A DNA stretch of 64,000 bases from Sphagnum compactum (taxonomy: Eukaryota). Below are positions 12,601 through 26,891 of the stretch, in pieces (within the stretch, counting starts at the first letter, position 1; the number at the start of each line of letters is the position of its first letter). The notes under the pieces are model-generated. The model was not told the origin of the DNA. It did not search any database and was given only the letters and a program-made list of their open reading frames with translations. The position numbers were made by a program, and so were the translations under genes. The stretch spans positions 35,888,213 through 35,952,212 of the forward strand of contig OZ234493.1 in NCBI GenBank assembly GCA_965153455.1, written 5' to 3'.

Positions 12601-15299
12601 GAGGTGAAGAGAGCACTATGGGAGATCTAGAGAGCACATTTAACATATTTAGAGAAAGGTCTTTCCTTCATTCTCTCCTTTTTATTTTTTCATAAATTTT
12701 CTTTTGTGTAGTTTTTCAAATTCATTCATGCTCCATTTTCTTGTTTTTTAACTTTTATTAATTTTTTTCTTTATGTCAGTTTATGTTGTTAAATCAATTC
12801 CGTGTGTTGCCTCATCTGATCACAAAGGATTCTGGAGTTGGACATCGTAACATAGAGGAAGAATAATTCAATCCACTTTTTCAGAGAAGCGACAAGTCTA
12901 AAGGTACAAAACACAAACCGTACCACTTGAATTACAAGCTTTCTTACAAGATGGAGAATGTAATTTAGGGTTTACCTTATTGGGATTTCCTAGTTTCAAG
13001 TTTCATGGTTTAGGGTTTCAAACTAAAGGTTTTAATCCATTTAGTGAAGTCGAATCCATGTGACAACATATTACTACAAGAGGGAACTATAAACATCTAA
13101 AGATATTTCCAAACAATCCAACAACACATAACCAAATTCACAAATAATTATTATCCACCTCCTTTAATTCGCGTTGAATTGTTCACCTCACCTGATTTCT
13201 GTTGAATTGTTCCACCACAATTGAAAGACCACACCAAACCACCTTTTAATAATGGTAATAGTCAGGTAAATCATCAATATTCACAACCTCATCTTCTTAT
13301 TTTTTTCACATAATTTTATAATTCTATCATATTATTAGACTTGGTGATCATCATCCTTCACACTACACCATAATATATGTGCATAAAAACAATCTTTCAT
13401 TGCAAAAACAATACCATGTGCATAGAAACAGTCCTACCATCTCAAAAACATACAATCTCATTAGAGAAAAAGGCCAATATGTGACCAACGCATTTACAAC
13501 TACCTACTACTATTTGGTTTTTGCAATAAAATTTTTGCCCTCTATGACTAGTGTGACCATCGTGTTGACATCAATCAAGTCACATACAGTACCTTGCGAT
13601 TCGTTTGTGATTAAATTAGTTTACATCTATCTATGGATTGGATTTATTATCCAAGAATAGCCATTTAAAGTCCCATTAATTACAAGCGAAGTGGTGCTTA
13701 ATCGTAGTCCACATATGTCTAAATACATTAATTACAATAATTATTTGATTTATGATTAAACTTAATATTCATAATTTTTAATTTAAATGTCAAATTAATA
13801 TTCAAAATATTCATAGTATTTTTATTGTAATTAAAGTAATTGATATGATTATTGTAATTATACTAATTTCATACATTAAATTACTTATAATTTCAAATAA
13901 ATTAAATATATTCCAACATAGACTATTATACTAAAGTTTTAAATATATTTTAATAACAATCAAGTTACTGTAACTAATGTATAATTATTATAAAATCATA
14001 ATAATTATTTTACTCATACATTAATTATAATAGACACATAGTTTACAATTCAACTTAATTATTCATAAATTTATTTTAAATTTATTTTAAAAATAAAAAT
14101 ATTACAACTATAATTAAATGAATTAATTAAATTTCTATATTATAAGAATTACATTCCAATATACTAGAATATTTAATATGTACTTACAATATGTAATTGT
14201 TATTACGTCATAAAATTTTAGAATAATTTTATTAAAAATTTAAAATAATTATAACAAATTATTTTATTCAATTTATTATTGAGTATTTCAAATGAATAAA
14301 TATTATTACAACATAAATTTTCACATTAATTAAAATGATAGTACCCAATCATAAAAAATAACTATTTTATTTACAATACTTATATTTTAATGATAACAAT
14401 TAAAATTTGTATTCATAATTGAAAAGTTATGTCCTATAATTAAGATTTTTATGCCAGAATTTTATAATAATCATAAAATAATGAACAAAGTTGATGTAAT
14501 TACTATATATATAAAAAATAAAATAAATAATTGTATGTATTAAGCATTATTTACTTATTTATAGTAAATTTTTAATATATAAAAAATTTATATTCATAAT
14601 TATTTTCTAATTGAACATAATTATTCACAATCTGTAATTTATAACTTTAAATCTGAATTAAAATTTTAGAAAAATATAATGTAGTTAAAATAATTATTGT
14701 AATGATTGTAATTGTGAAAATTATTATACAGTAATTTTATTTTTTAGTTTTCAAATTCTGTAATTACTTATCTACAATAAATATTAATTTAAAAATATTA
14801 ATAAATGTTCAAAAATTTATTTTATTTATAGTTATTAATTAAAAATAGAAAAAATAAATTTACTTCACTAATAATTTTTTTTACAATAATAAATGTAATT
14901 ATATTGTAATGACAGTAATTAATGCTACTTTTAAAATAAATAATTTGTGTAAAAATTTGTGTTTTAAAAACAATTATTATGTCATTATTTTAAATTTGAA
15001 ATAATTATTTTTAGTATAATAATTAAATTATTTTTACATTAATTATATCATCTCTAATTCGACCTGATTTTAAGAAGCAAAAAAATATTTTAAAATATTT
15101 TATTTATCTATGAGTTGTGTATTGACAACTCGTGAGTAACTAGATAGTTAATTAATGAAATATTTGATAATGCATACTTAATATTTATAGTGTATAGTTT
15201 ATATTTTAAATGCATGTTAAATGTAATAATTATTAATTAAATGATTATTTAATTATCTAGTGAACCATGTACTTGAATTGCTTAAAAATCTAAAAATTA

Positions 15300-16178
15300 C
15301 GAATAAAATGCAGGAGGAAAATTTTGAAATTGTAACTAAGTTTGTGAGGAAGTTGTAACTTCAAAACTTATCCCATATTTTGGTTCTCCCATTCTTAGTT
15401 TGAACATTAAAATAAACAAGGGGTGTGGTCATCCAATTTCACATTAAATAATGTGTGTACATGGGATGAACTAATCAAAAGGTTTAACCCAAAAAAATAA
15501 ATAAAAATATGCACAATTTGAAACACCTACTTCCTCAACCTATTTATTTTCCTAGTTAAATAGATGTTTAATTTGACTTACCCACCTAGGTTGATCTATG
15601 TACCTACCTACCTAAATACCTACTTATATGAATATGTATTTAATTTAAGAATGTAAGATCTAACTACCCTACCTTTTTACGTAAGTAGGTAGGTAGATAT
15701 GTAGCCTAAGGTTGTAAGCACCTATTTATGTACCTACGTAGGTACCTACCAACCCAATATTAATATTTTGTGTTAAACTCATTTAAAAATGTCATGTGGC
15801 ATATTTACATTGGGTCATGTGTCATAATATAAATAATCCAAACATGTGACTTGAACATCCCAGATTATTTCATAACAACAATAATAATAATGTGTATTTT
15901 AAATTATTATGTATTGAAATACGTGGTAACACATCATTTATCCTCAATAATGATCAAAATGGTTGTATTTAAGTCGATGCAACAATACATATACAATGGA
16001 GTCAAAGGATGAACTTATATTTGTTGATTTTCTCTTTCATCCAATACCCCTTATTGTTTGTGACTAATATTGCATGTGACTTGTCTAAGACGATTAAAGG
16101 GATTTTAGTTGTAAATTTCATTTGTGAGTAAAATTTAATTATAAAAACTAATAAAAAATATGTATTTTTTTTCTAGTG
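15300..16178. mobile_element. Right portion of a non-autonomous CACTA-like element (CCTACCTA-rich; ends ...TTTTCTAGTG)
   Basis: Colinear similarity with 51180-51940 (ATGGGATGA..CTAAT, GTCAAAGGATGAA, GTTTGTGACTAAT..CATGTGACTTGTC, TTTTAGTTG); terminal CTAGTG is the reverse complement of CACTAG. Confidence 0.55.
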
Positions 16179-16249
16179 TTTAGAAACCACCAAATCGACG
16201 TAAATCAATGGTCAAGATCAATTTTTAAAACCCTAATGGTGGGTGTTGT

Positions 16250-17085
16250 ATTTAATTCATCACAATTACGACCTAGTGTCCAGTAAATTGTAATCTCCCA
16301 AAAGATAAGCAAATTATGATATGGTGGCCATTAGATTACTATCATTGACGAATATAATTTAGTGGCCACTAAATCCCACTTCATAGCAACAAATATGATC
16401 TAGCAACCACCACATTGCAATCCCTACGTAAAGAAATCAATGATGATCTAGTCGCCACCTGATCTCATTCATTTCACAAATAAAAATATCGCGATCTAAT
16501 GGCCACTAGATCACAATCTATGTGCAAATAAACACATTACATTTGATGGTCACTAATTCATAGGCCTTCATAAAGAAATAAATTATAATATAGTGGCCAC
16601 TAGACCGTAATATTCATTTGAAAAATAGTCGATTACAATATAATGGTCATCAAGTCCTAATCATCAAACAAAGAAATGGATTTTGATTTGGTGGCCATTA
16701 AATCGTAATCCATACACACATAAATGTATTATGATATGGTGATACCTAGCTTGTAAACCTTTGAAAAGAAAAAAAATTATGATCTAATGGCCATTAAATC
16801 ATAATGCTTATGAAAAGAACTGAACTATTATTTGGTGGTCACTAGATCGCTTCTCTTTAAGGATTGTGCTTTAGTGGTCACCACATTTGCTTTTCTCTTG
16901 ACGAATTATTATCTAGTGGCCACAAAATTGTAATCCTTCAAAAAAACAAATGCTTACAATTTGATTGACACAAAATCATAATCCTTCAAGGAATAAGCAA
17001 ATTTTGATTTGGTGTTCACTAAATAAAAACACTATGAAACAATTTGGTGATCACCAGATCATTTGTGTTTTGTGGCCAATAACTA
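16250..17085. repeat. Array of about 18-19 degenerate palindromes (consensus ~ATTACGATCTAGTGGCCACTAGATCGTAAT), ~48-bp period
   Basis: Cores centred near 16277, 16326, 16365, 16405, 16453, 16501, 16549, 16596, 16645, 16694, 16740, 16790, 16838, 16877, 16918, 16966, 17013, 17049 and 17074. Confidence 0.8.
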
Positions 17086-20000
17086 CTTATTCACAATTGT
17101 GTGATAATTAAAAATCAAAATTACGATTAAAACTAAACATTAAACGTAAAGACAAATGTTGACATAATATTAACATTTATAAAAAATTTGGATTGCAATA
17201 GGCAACACATCTTATGTGTAGTGTAATTGGATTTTGAAATAATAATAATATTATTATTTTCACTAAAATTTTATGTTCAATGAAATTTGATGCATGATTC
17301 ACTAAATGGAATGGTGTTGCAATATTGACTTTGATGAATGGTAGTGTTTTTCCTACTAGTATTGTGCATAAGTAGTGCATACATTCATAAAAAATGATTG
17401 ACATCAATTTTTATTTATTCATATATATATATACACATTTCAATAAATTTCACTTGAATTAAATCCATTAAAAATATTATTGGCATTCTAAAGATGGAGG
17501 TGTTAAACAATTTTCAATATAATTTGCTTCATTAAAAACATTCATAACATTAAAAGAATTTAATTTGAAATATGAAAAACCACAACCATAATTTTTTTAT
17601 AATTTTATATATTAAATAAATTGGGTTTTTTAGTGACACCTTCCATTTGCCATAGACCACTTATAAATCAATACTAAGTGATGCACTTTATTTCATTGAC
17701 ATATTTCACTATAATTGTCACATTTCATTCAAATCGTACATGTTTATAAAAACTTTACATTCAATTGGTGTGAAATTCATTGTAACTTTATCATTATTAT
17801 AAACATATTATGTGACCTTATCCATAGCATGACCAAAACATACATTATCAAAAGATACAAAAAGTAAGTTCAATGTTTCACATGTAAAGACACATTTCAA
17901 TGTTATTACATACTTCCCAAAAAAAAATTTAAAAAATTTAACAAAAATAAAATCCTTCAAGTGCATTTTAATGATTAAAACATGACATTTAATCAATTCA
18001 TTAAGCCAATCCTTAAATTTTTATTTAATTTTTAAAAACCAATGTCATTTTCAACATATATATATCATACATTAACCCCACATCACTTTTCAACTAAAAA
18101 TTATCACACATATTAAAGTTTATAATATGTTCATTTGAAATATTCAAATGTTCAATATTAAGATGCCACTTCATAACTTCCATCCCATAACTTTTATTGA
18201 ATGAATAGTTTGTTTTTCTTCTTTGTTTTTTAATATGGATAGAAGGGATGAATTGAAAAAGAAAAAGAAAAAATATAATGCAATTGTTGCACATTATTCA
18301 AACTAGGTGCATCATCATTGTTCACAACAAACAAGAAACCAAATTAAGGATTTATGATTATAAGTTGCCCAAAATTTAATTTGCATGTGCAAAGTTAATA
18401 TTTATTTATCATTTAGTTTAATTCTTGAAAGGAAAGGTCTTCATGTTTATGTTAACACTATGGATGAAGAAACTTGGGTGTCGTTAAATGCAAGACATTT
18501 AAAACTAAGGAGACATGCAAAACCTCTATTCATTTGAAAAATTCTTATCATTTTTTTCATTTGCATATGGGTTTAAAGTCTCTTAGCCCAAATACTCTTG
18601 CACATTTAATACATTTCATATACATTTAAATAAATCCTAAAAAATGCAAGTAGATGTCAATTTTAACAAAATTGGTTTAAAAACATAATATTGAAAAGTA
18701 TATATATTCTAAATTAATGCAAGTTTACAATGTATTTACATAATTTTAACTTTGTATATTATAGTCATATTATATCGAAATGTTAATATAAAAATATGTT
18801 TAAACACCATATTCATTGGTCAATGAATTTTAAACATACTTGTTACCTACTTTTATTATATTAATTTTGAATATAACTTATTATAAATTCAATGGAGGCC
18901 ATGATAATTTGATAATAAGATTTTAAAAGATTTTAACTTATTTTTTTGTATTTATGTGTTCAACATATGATTTTATGAAAGTGCACTTGTGTTAACTACT
19001 TTTTGTTATTAATTGATTATGCTTTCATGAACCCAAAATGCAATGCGAGATTGTAATGTGAAATTCACTTGAAAAACTCAATACCAAAGTTCATAACAAA
19101 GAAGACATCCACTTGGTTGCAATATGACCATGATCAATGGGAACAAGGAGAATGGGAGGGGGGGATTTGGCAAAGCCACAACTTATTGAAAAAACACAAT
19201 ACAAGAAGCACAGAAACCACCATGGAGGTGGAGCTTGTAACAAAGCCAATTGTGATTCGTTATTGTAAAAACCACAATTGAAGGTAAACACAACATAACC
19301 ATCAAAACAACCAAGAGTACAAGATTGTTAAGGGGCTTGCTAAGGATGAACTTGATCACCTTAATGTCGTTGAAGCTTGTAAACAACACAAAGCTTTGCT
19401 CCATTGCAAAATACAATGAAAGGGCACCACCATATGCCCCTACAAAACAAAACCATGATGAAGGTGAACAAATGGGGGGGACTTCACACCAAAGCTATGA
19501 CTTGTTGCCAAACCACAAGGAAGGCCAAAAACAAAAACCATAATGAAAGGGAGTGAAAGATTAAAAGATTTAAAAAGTTGTTGAAAAAGGTTGTTGGAGC
19601 TTGCAAAAATATCGAGGCAACATGGAGCTTGATGGCAATGGTGCACAAGGAAGATGAAAAGTTTCCATGGTGTTCATATACACAACTTCACAAGCCAAAT
19701 TAACAACAAATTTACACAAGGTTGTGTAAGTGTAATTGAAAAAACATACATGATAAGTAATGTAAGTGTAACAAACTCGAACTATAAGTGTAGATCATTT
19801 ACATTTACATAATTATACATGGCTCTTTATGCACCAATTACATTTACATACACAACAAGGTTCATATCTATTTGCCTCCAAATTCCCTTCCTTTTATGAA
19901 AGAATATGCTTTGAAATCCATTGTTTTGCAATCCATCCCATTTTGCATCTCATGTTTTCTTGTCATAAAACAAACTTTGCTTCTTTGTCACTTGCCTTGT

Positions 20001-20439
20001 GTCACTTCTTGGCATCAAGTTCCTCAATGAATCTATTGGTACTCACAAGACACTCTTTCAATGTAGGGCTCCTACTATAGAAATTGTAATCTACAATCAA
20101 ATTTGCTTTCTTTGACAACAATAACACCCATATTCATGATCACCCTCTTTTCTCTAGATCTCAAATCGAAGGGTTTTGTTTTCTTGGTTACACCGTACAT
20201 AAATACAATTCACATTTTAATTCACAAATGTGCATGAAATGTTCTGGCACATGCATATACACAACACTACCAAAAAAATCCTGAACCACAATTTATTCTT
20301 ATTCCATTTCATAATTTGGAGTGCAAGGTTCTTTGTCTAAATTATCCACATTCATGCTTGTGCCAAGCTATGCTAGTCCTATGGTTGAAGAAGCTCCCAT
20401 ATTTTGTCACCCAAAATGATTTAATTGTGGTATCTATAG

Positions 20440-20665
20440 TAGTGCTTTACAATGTTTTATGAAAAACCCTTCTCCATGGGAAGTTGTTGAGGTGCAAACA
20501 ACTATTTAAAGACTTTGTCCCATTCATATCTCTTTCCTTCTAACAATCGTGGAATGTATATTAGTGTTTTACAATGTTCTCAGAATAATCATTCTCCATG
20601 GAAATTTTTGGAAGTGCGTACAACTACTTAAGAACTTTGTTCCATTCATATCTCTTTCCTTCTAT
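20440..20665. repeat. Tandem duplication, ~121-bp unit
   Basis: TAGTG.TTTACAATGTT...TTCTCCATGG...CAACTA.TTAA...CATTCATATCTCTTTCCTTCTA occurs twice. Confidence 0.8.
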
Positions 20666-23600
20666 TGATCTGACACCAATTCGACCACTGCAGAAAACAA
20701 CCATGGACCTGCCTAGCTCCTGAAGATTCTGTGTCATTTTGGAGGTATGTGAGACTGGAGACCTTCAAATGAGCTACCTGGGAACTAAGGATTTAGCATC
20801 TGGGTGTTCCCATTTTAGTTCATTGCAGCTGGATTACAATGAAACAATCCGGGACACCTACAAACTGCCAATCCAGGCTGCTTCCCCCAACACACTTGTT
20901 CAGTTGTGTTGGGGTGTCACATGTATGTAGGAGCGTGACCTCTTCTTCCACTCTCTCCCACCTCATGTTCCCAGTACACCTTTGAATTCATTGTTACTAT
21001 CATCTCCCACACCACTCCCTTCTATCCTTGCAAGGACAGCATGCTTCAGTGGTGACAAGTGAAGTAGAAGAAAAAACCTACCAGATCTATAAAGTTCTGA
21101 CCATAATGTCGGCTTCACAATGAGGGATGCCACCTGCTCCTTGTCCTCCATGATCTGTGCTCAAGTCATCCTCTTCACCTCGTCAGCCATGATTTCTCCA
21201 GTTCTCTATCTTCTGGCACATACCAATGAGGCTAGACTTCCTGGACAGAAGAAATTGAAGAAATTATACACATTATACTCTTTCATATGATAACCAACAC
21301 TTGAAAATCTGCTGAGAATTTTTTATTCCTTCGGATCCAGAAACTCCGTCAGGTTTGTGTAGTTCATGCGACATTTCTTGCTGGTAAGATCCTGACTAGA
21401 AACCCTAAACCCTAAAGCTCTTGCGGTTTGTAGTTTGTACCATGTGGTTCATTCTTCGTGCACCGAGAAAGAAAGAAAGTAGCTAGAATTATCTGTTGAA
21501 TTGTTTGAGAGCTAAGATTGATTTATTTTGTTTATCCAGGCAATATCATGACAAGGACACAGACAAAGAAAGAGAAGAGGGTTTGGAAATGTGGATCCAG
21601 CCAGTGGAGCTCTCTGTGTAACTAACTGATGGCAACCTCAGCTGTTCTGAAGCCACCAAAGCTTACCAATATCTTTTCCAGGTGCGACTAGCTCAAGGAG
21701 TAGAAATGAATGCAAATATCATCCTCTGGTTTTGAAATGCTTGCTGTAAGTTGCTGGTTTTGAATAATCATCAAATGGTATTAGATATGTTGATGCTGTT
21801 GAGTTATCTGCACAAACTGAAGCCCCTTTTGGGTTGCTTTGCTCAGACATGATGCTTCATCATGTTGCCATCTCTATGGAAAATTGCAAAACTTTGAGCA
21901 AGTATGGATAGATTATGATTGTGTGTCTGTGTCTCTGTCCATCTGAAAACCGGGGAAGCTTTGCTGGATCAGCTATGAGCATGTGTGAAGCTGAAATGGT
22001 TTTAGCAGCTGAAGCACCTGGTATGGCCCAAAGATTAGATGAATTGTTGAAGTGGCCTTTTTAGATCAATGCCATTGATGCTCACGAAGAGTAACTTACT
22101 CCATGAAAGTGCTTTCAAGAAGAAACCTCAAAGAGAAATGAGGAGTGAAGCTAGGGTTATCTGAGTACCATAGTGCCTTTTAAGTTGGGATCTGTTTTGT
22201 TGCTACTGACATTTGATTCCCAGTAGCTAGCATTTGAGTTGGCTATAAGCAACTTTGGTGAAGAACCACTTTGTCCTTTCCTCATGCTTTTGTGCAAATG
22301 ATTACAGCCATGATGTTTTTGAGAGTGTGAAAGTTGCTTGTTATGGCAGTTATGGCAGAGCTGAGTTGAGGTCAAGGAAGAAAATGCCACCAAACGCACT
22401 CGAGGGTGGGGTAAAGGGAGAGCATGGGTTGTCCAAGAAGGTTGCAAGATGGTTTTGGATTTCTTGTCTTGGGCAAATGTGACTAAGCAACCTAGTAAGA
22501 CAATCGCCACTTATGTTGCTTGAGAACCAGGCAACGCATGGTGGGTTCTATAGAAATTTGGGGACAAAGCGGGTAGACAGATGTGATCAGGTTAATGTCT
22601 TGTCAACAAAGATGGCCCAAAACTGAAATGTACATGGTTAGATGGATGCCCAAAACCCACCTGAGCTCATGAAAAAACATCACATCACATTCAGGAACAA
22701 ATTCAGGGCATTGATTGTGGTCAGACAGTTTTGTCCTTTCAGATCAAAGTTCAGTGTTTCAAATCAACAGTTTCCCAATTTGCTAAAACTGTCAGTTTTT
22801 GCGTTTTGGGAGTGCAATTCAAATTTTCTGGTGCTACCCCCTCAATGCACCAGAATCTACCGAAACTCTTAGACTATCTGCCAGAGTTCACTAAGCCTTC
22901 TGGAGTCCCAACTCTAGGAACACCGTTGAGCATTATGGCTGGTGAATCTTGCTACAGACTTTAAAATCTAAGATGTTTGTTCTTCTAAGGATTATGGGTG
23001 AGTAGGAATTTCATTAGGGACTTTGCGCTATAAGCATGCCACAATATTAATTTGTCTCCTCTTGCAGTTACAACTGCTGCAGTAAATGGAGAGGGTGGAG
23101 AATGCAGGAGATACTTGCAGTTTGATCTTTGATGGATCAAAACAAACTCTTGGGTGAGTTGATTTGATTCTGGTCTCAATCTCTTTCGATTCCTTGTGTC
23201 TCTAAGAAGTGCGGCAGGGAAGAAATATGTGGACTAGCTAGCTGTAAAGGTGTATGACAGTTTGATGTTTTAGTAAATGGTAGTAATCAAGTGCCAGGTT
23301 CTTGTATAGTGTACATACTTTATACAAGATGTACCTACAAACTCTAGATGTTTTGTGCTGTGAAGTCACACATGTCTCAGCTGAAGTTTAAAATCTACTG
23401 AAGGGATTTCTGTAGCAATTCAAATCCTAGATGGGTGATAATGGACATGAGTGCAATTACCTCCCTACAGTGTTGTGGCATCAATGTCCTCCGGTTGTGC
23501 GACATCAAACATTTGCCTCCCTTCCTTTTGCTTGGATATATAGAACTCTGTCTGTGGTACTAAGTACCTAAGGAGTCCTTCATTGTGTCTGTGCTGACAG

Positions 23601-26485
23601 AGTACTCATTTTAGGGGCCACTTCTGCTAAGGCTGTTTGAACACGGAGGGGTCTCCCAGAATTTGGAGAGTATTTTGGTGGCTGAAGGTTTATCTGGGAT
23701 CCTTGAAATTCCTGTTCCAAGAGCAATGGAGGACTTCAACAGCTGTGAGATGAAGGTTGTTGCAGAAGAAAATTTCAGATCTTTTAAAGGCTGGTGATCC
23801 CTCACTTCCAAAGCGCTAATAAGATGCTTCAGATTTTCAACAGAGGAAGTCCTTTGAGAATTGTGGCAACCCACAAATATTATTGTTGGTGGGGGTTAAA
23901 AAGACTTTTAGTCACAATTTTAGAATGGGTGTGTGGGGTTTGTGATATTGATCTGTTGATCTGTTATATTGGCAAGGTGATCTCTGGCTATTTTATGTTC
24001 AGCCTCCAAAGAGGCTTGACATACTTTACCTACTTAACTTCAAAACTGTAAAGTAAATCTCAGCAGGTGTTCTGTTTTTCAAAATGTCCACCCAAACTGC
24101 GGAGGAAAAAATACAAATACACTGGGTAACATGCTCTCCAAAAAATTGGAGCATGTCTTTCCGCCGTATGGAAAGCACTGAGGGTTCTGCTTGAGTGGGG
24201 ATGTGCGGTCACAATGTTGTTTGAAGAAATTACTCGAGATGGTCTATTGGAGGAAGGTAGGTTAGATGCAGGTTATACACTTGGTTGTTGAATTTCTAAT
24301 CAAGCTGCAACGACAGAATAGAACACCATAAAATAAATCACTGTTGCAATCTGGTTTTAAGCTTTTTATAACTTTACTATAAGCAATGAAATTAAACAAA
24401 ATCATGGTCCACAAATCAAAGAGATTCTAACCGAAGTTAATGGGGATTTTATCATTTCAGTGTCAGGGATTTTTGAAGCTGTAAGGATAAAACAAAATTT
24501 GAAGGATGGATCGATGGATGATGGATGGTGGTAATTTTCTGCCCACAGGTGTTGCTCCCAAACTACCCTTTTATTTTGAATTAGTAGAAAGAGGCACACT
24601 GCTACACTAAAAAACCAGAGAGGGATGGATGACAGTCCTTCAGTGGTGGGTTCAAAACCCCGATTGTAGGGTCACTTGCCACATCAGACATAGTCAACAA
24701 CTTGGGCTAAGCTTTTGGATCCAGGGACTAATGTGGAAAGGGGATCCTTAATGCATACTTTTGTAACTTACATCAGTTTTGAAGTCCAATGTGCACAATG
24801 AGTTAGTTGCACAGATCCTATTTCAACCCCACATTATATGTGCACATTATTATGTCTGTTCTTGCAGGTGATACAAAAGAAAGTATTCGCTGCTTCTTTT
24901 TTTCCCTGACTACCCTTTTGCCTGTCCAGGATATGTCTGGTGTTGCCTGGACATATCTTGGTGCCTACCCATACACACTTTGGGTCATGTTATGCATGTT
25001 TTGGACTTCTAATGGACTACATTGTTTTGGGCTTGTAATGGACACATAGTCCATTACAAGGTCCAAAACATGCATAACATGGATCCAACGTGTGTCCAGG
25101 CATCATCCATCTTTTGTGAGAAAAAGATGGATTGGGCCAAGGGCAGACAAGGAAGAAAAGAAGCAGGCAGTACAAAAAGTGCTGCCTGCAACATCAACTC
25201 TGTGCACATATATTGAATGTTGGGGCTCTTCCAGGAAGGGATACACATTGCTATGATATGGCATCAGGTGTTGCATTTTCAACAATTGCATGGATCCCAC
25301 ATGTGCTCATTCCGAACATGGAAGTGGTTTCCAGTGACTTGGAAATCCTCGTGAAGTTTTAAATATTTGAAAGGGGGCCCCGGGTGGGGAGCTTCAAAAT
25401 GGTTAGCTATTAGTACTCCCTCTGTATATTACATTATGTAATTCTTATGCATCATGCAACAGTTTCCTTCCACCACAAGAACAAGCAAGCTGGTCTTGGT
25501 CTCTGTGACTGTCCTTTCCTAGATGCATTTGCACATGATAAGCAGCATCAGCAGAGGATCCCAACACACAATGGAAATTTGGAACTTGTGATTATGGTGA
25601 AAAGAAAAGAAAAACCTATACAGATCTCGAATGCTAAACGTACCAAGTGGCATGATGTCCAAAAGTTGAAGAAACTTTCCACTACTTCATTTCTCCAATT
25701 ATGGCCCACCATGCAGTAGAGCACAATAAGTCAAGTGGACTATGGAACTTCACAGTCTCTTTCTTCACTTTCTCTTAAACCCATCAAGGTGATGATTCAG
25801 CCTCAGTGATGAAAATGGTAAATGAAAGATCCCTTATTGGAATTATAGTCCCCAAGGAATTATAGTCCCCAATCCCCCCGCCCCCCAAACCAGCTTTAAA
25901 CTTTTGTCTCCTCCATAGGATGGGCCTGGCATCTCATGGACTGCATTTGTCTCCTTTAAAAATAGAGTAATCCAGTTCTTAGGAACCACATTTCCTTGGA
26001 CAATGGGATATTTGTCCCCTTAGATGCACATAAGTCTAGCCCTCGAGAACTGCATCTCATTGGACACTGGACTATCTGTGTCTCCCTAAAAGCTCAAAAG
26101 TCCAGCAGCTGTAAGTAAAAACTAACAGGAGAATGCTCAACTGAGCTTCAGGGGCTTCCTTCCAGGAAATGATCACATCCTTCCTACACAATGAGAAATG
26201 CCCGGCATGGTTGACAACAGAGCATATGACAAATCACAAAATCCAGTTTATGGATCCTATCTATACCATGTCTGGAGATGTTTGCATTAATTAATTTCAG
26301 CTACAAAGTTGAACCCACATAAGAACTTGCTTGCATGAAGACACCAAACACCTCCAACTAGCTCTGTCTTGCACAGTTGCACTTACTTGATGATCGAGTC
26401 TAGACTTTTTAGTACTAACTTCTTGTATCCTTCTCCACACAATGACAAAAACCCTCAACAAAATCACATGCTTCACAACATTAAC

Positions 26486-26663
26486 CTGTCTCAATTCACC
26501 AAAACCAAAGGAACATCACCAGCTTTAGGGGCCACCTCACTGAGATCACTCTTCCATCCTGATCGGATATCCAAGTTATATCGCATATTAAGCTGCCTGT
26601 ATCTCATACCAGAAAGTGGTCCATATCCATTTGGTGCATGGATAAAAACTGATTCGCATCCAC
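26486..26663 (-). pseudogene. Isolated exon-like relic of an unidentified host gene
   Basis: Bounded by CATCAG| and |GTTAAT; reads GCESVFIHAPNGYGPLSGMRYRQLNMRYNLDIRSGWKSDLSEVAPKAGDVPLVLVN*DR with a single TGA. Confidence 0.45.
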
Positions 26664-26721
26664 CTGATGAGCAGGCTATGGATGTAAAGGATGCTGGTTA
26701 GGTCTGGCTCAAGGCCACATG

Positions 26722-26891
26722 TTATGGGAAAAGCATTGGCACTCATCGGCACACATCTCTTGCCAGTTACATCGTCCATTGTCTGTATATGGGTATGTCC
26801 AGGAAAGGCATTGGCACTCACTCATTGGCACACCTCTCTTGCCAGAGAGATACCTAGTCCATCATCTATCTGTAGATGGGTATGTCCAGGA
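26722..26891. repeat. Tandem duplication, ~80-bp unit
   Basis: GGAAA.GCATTGGCACTCA..GGCACA..TCTCTTGCCAG...TCTGTA.ATGGGTATGTCCAGGA occurs twice. Confidence 0.75.

Noticed and set aside
16250-17085. CRISPR array interpretation of the palindrome array
   Set aside because: The repeats are highly degenerate, the spacers are short and A-rich, there are no cas genes, and the context is eukaryotic and intron-containing.
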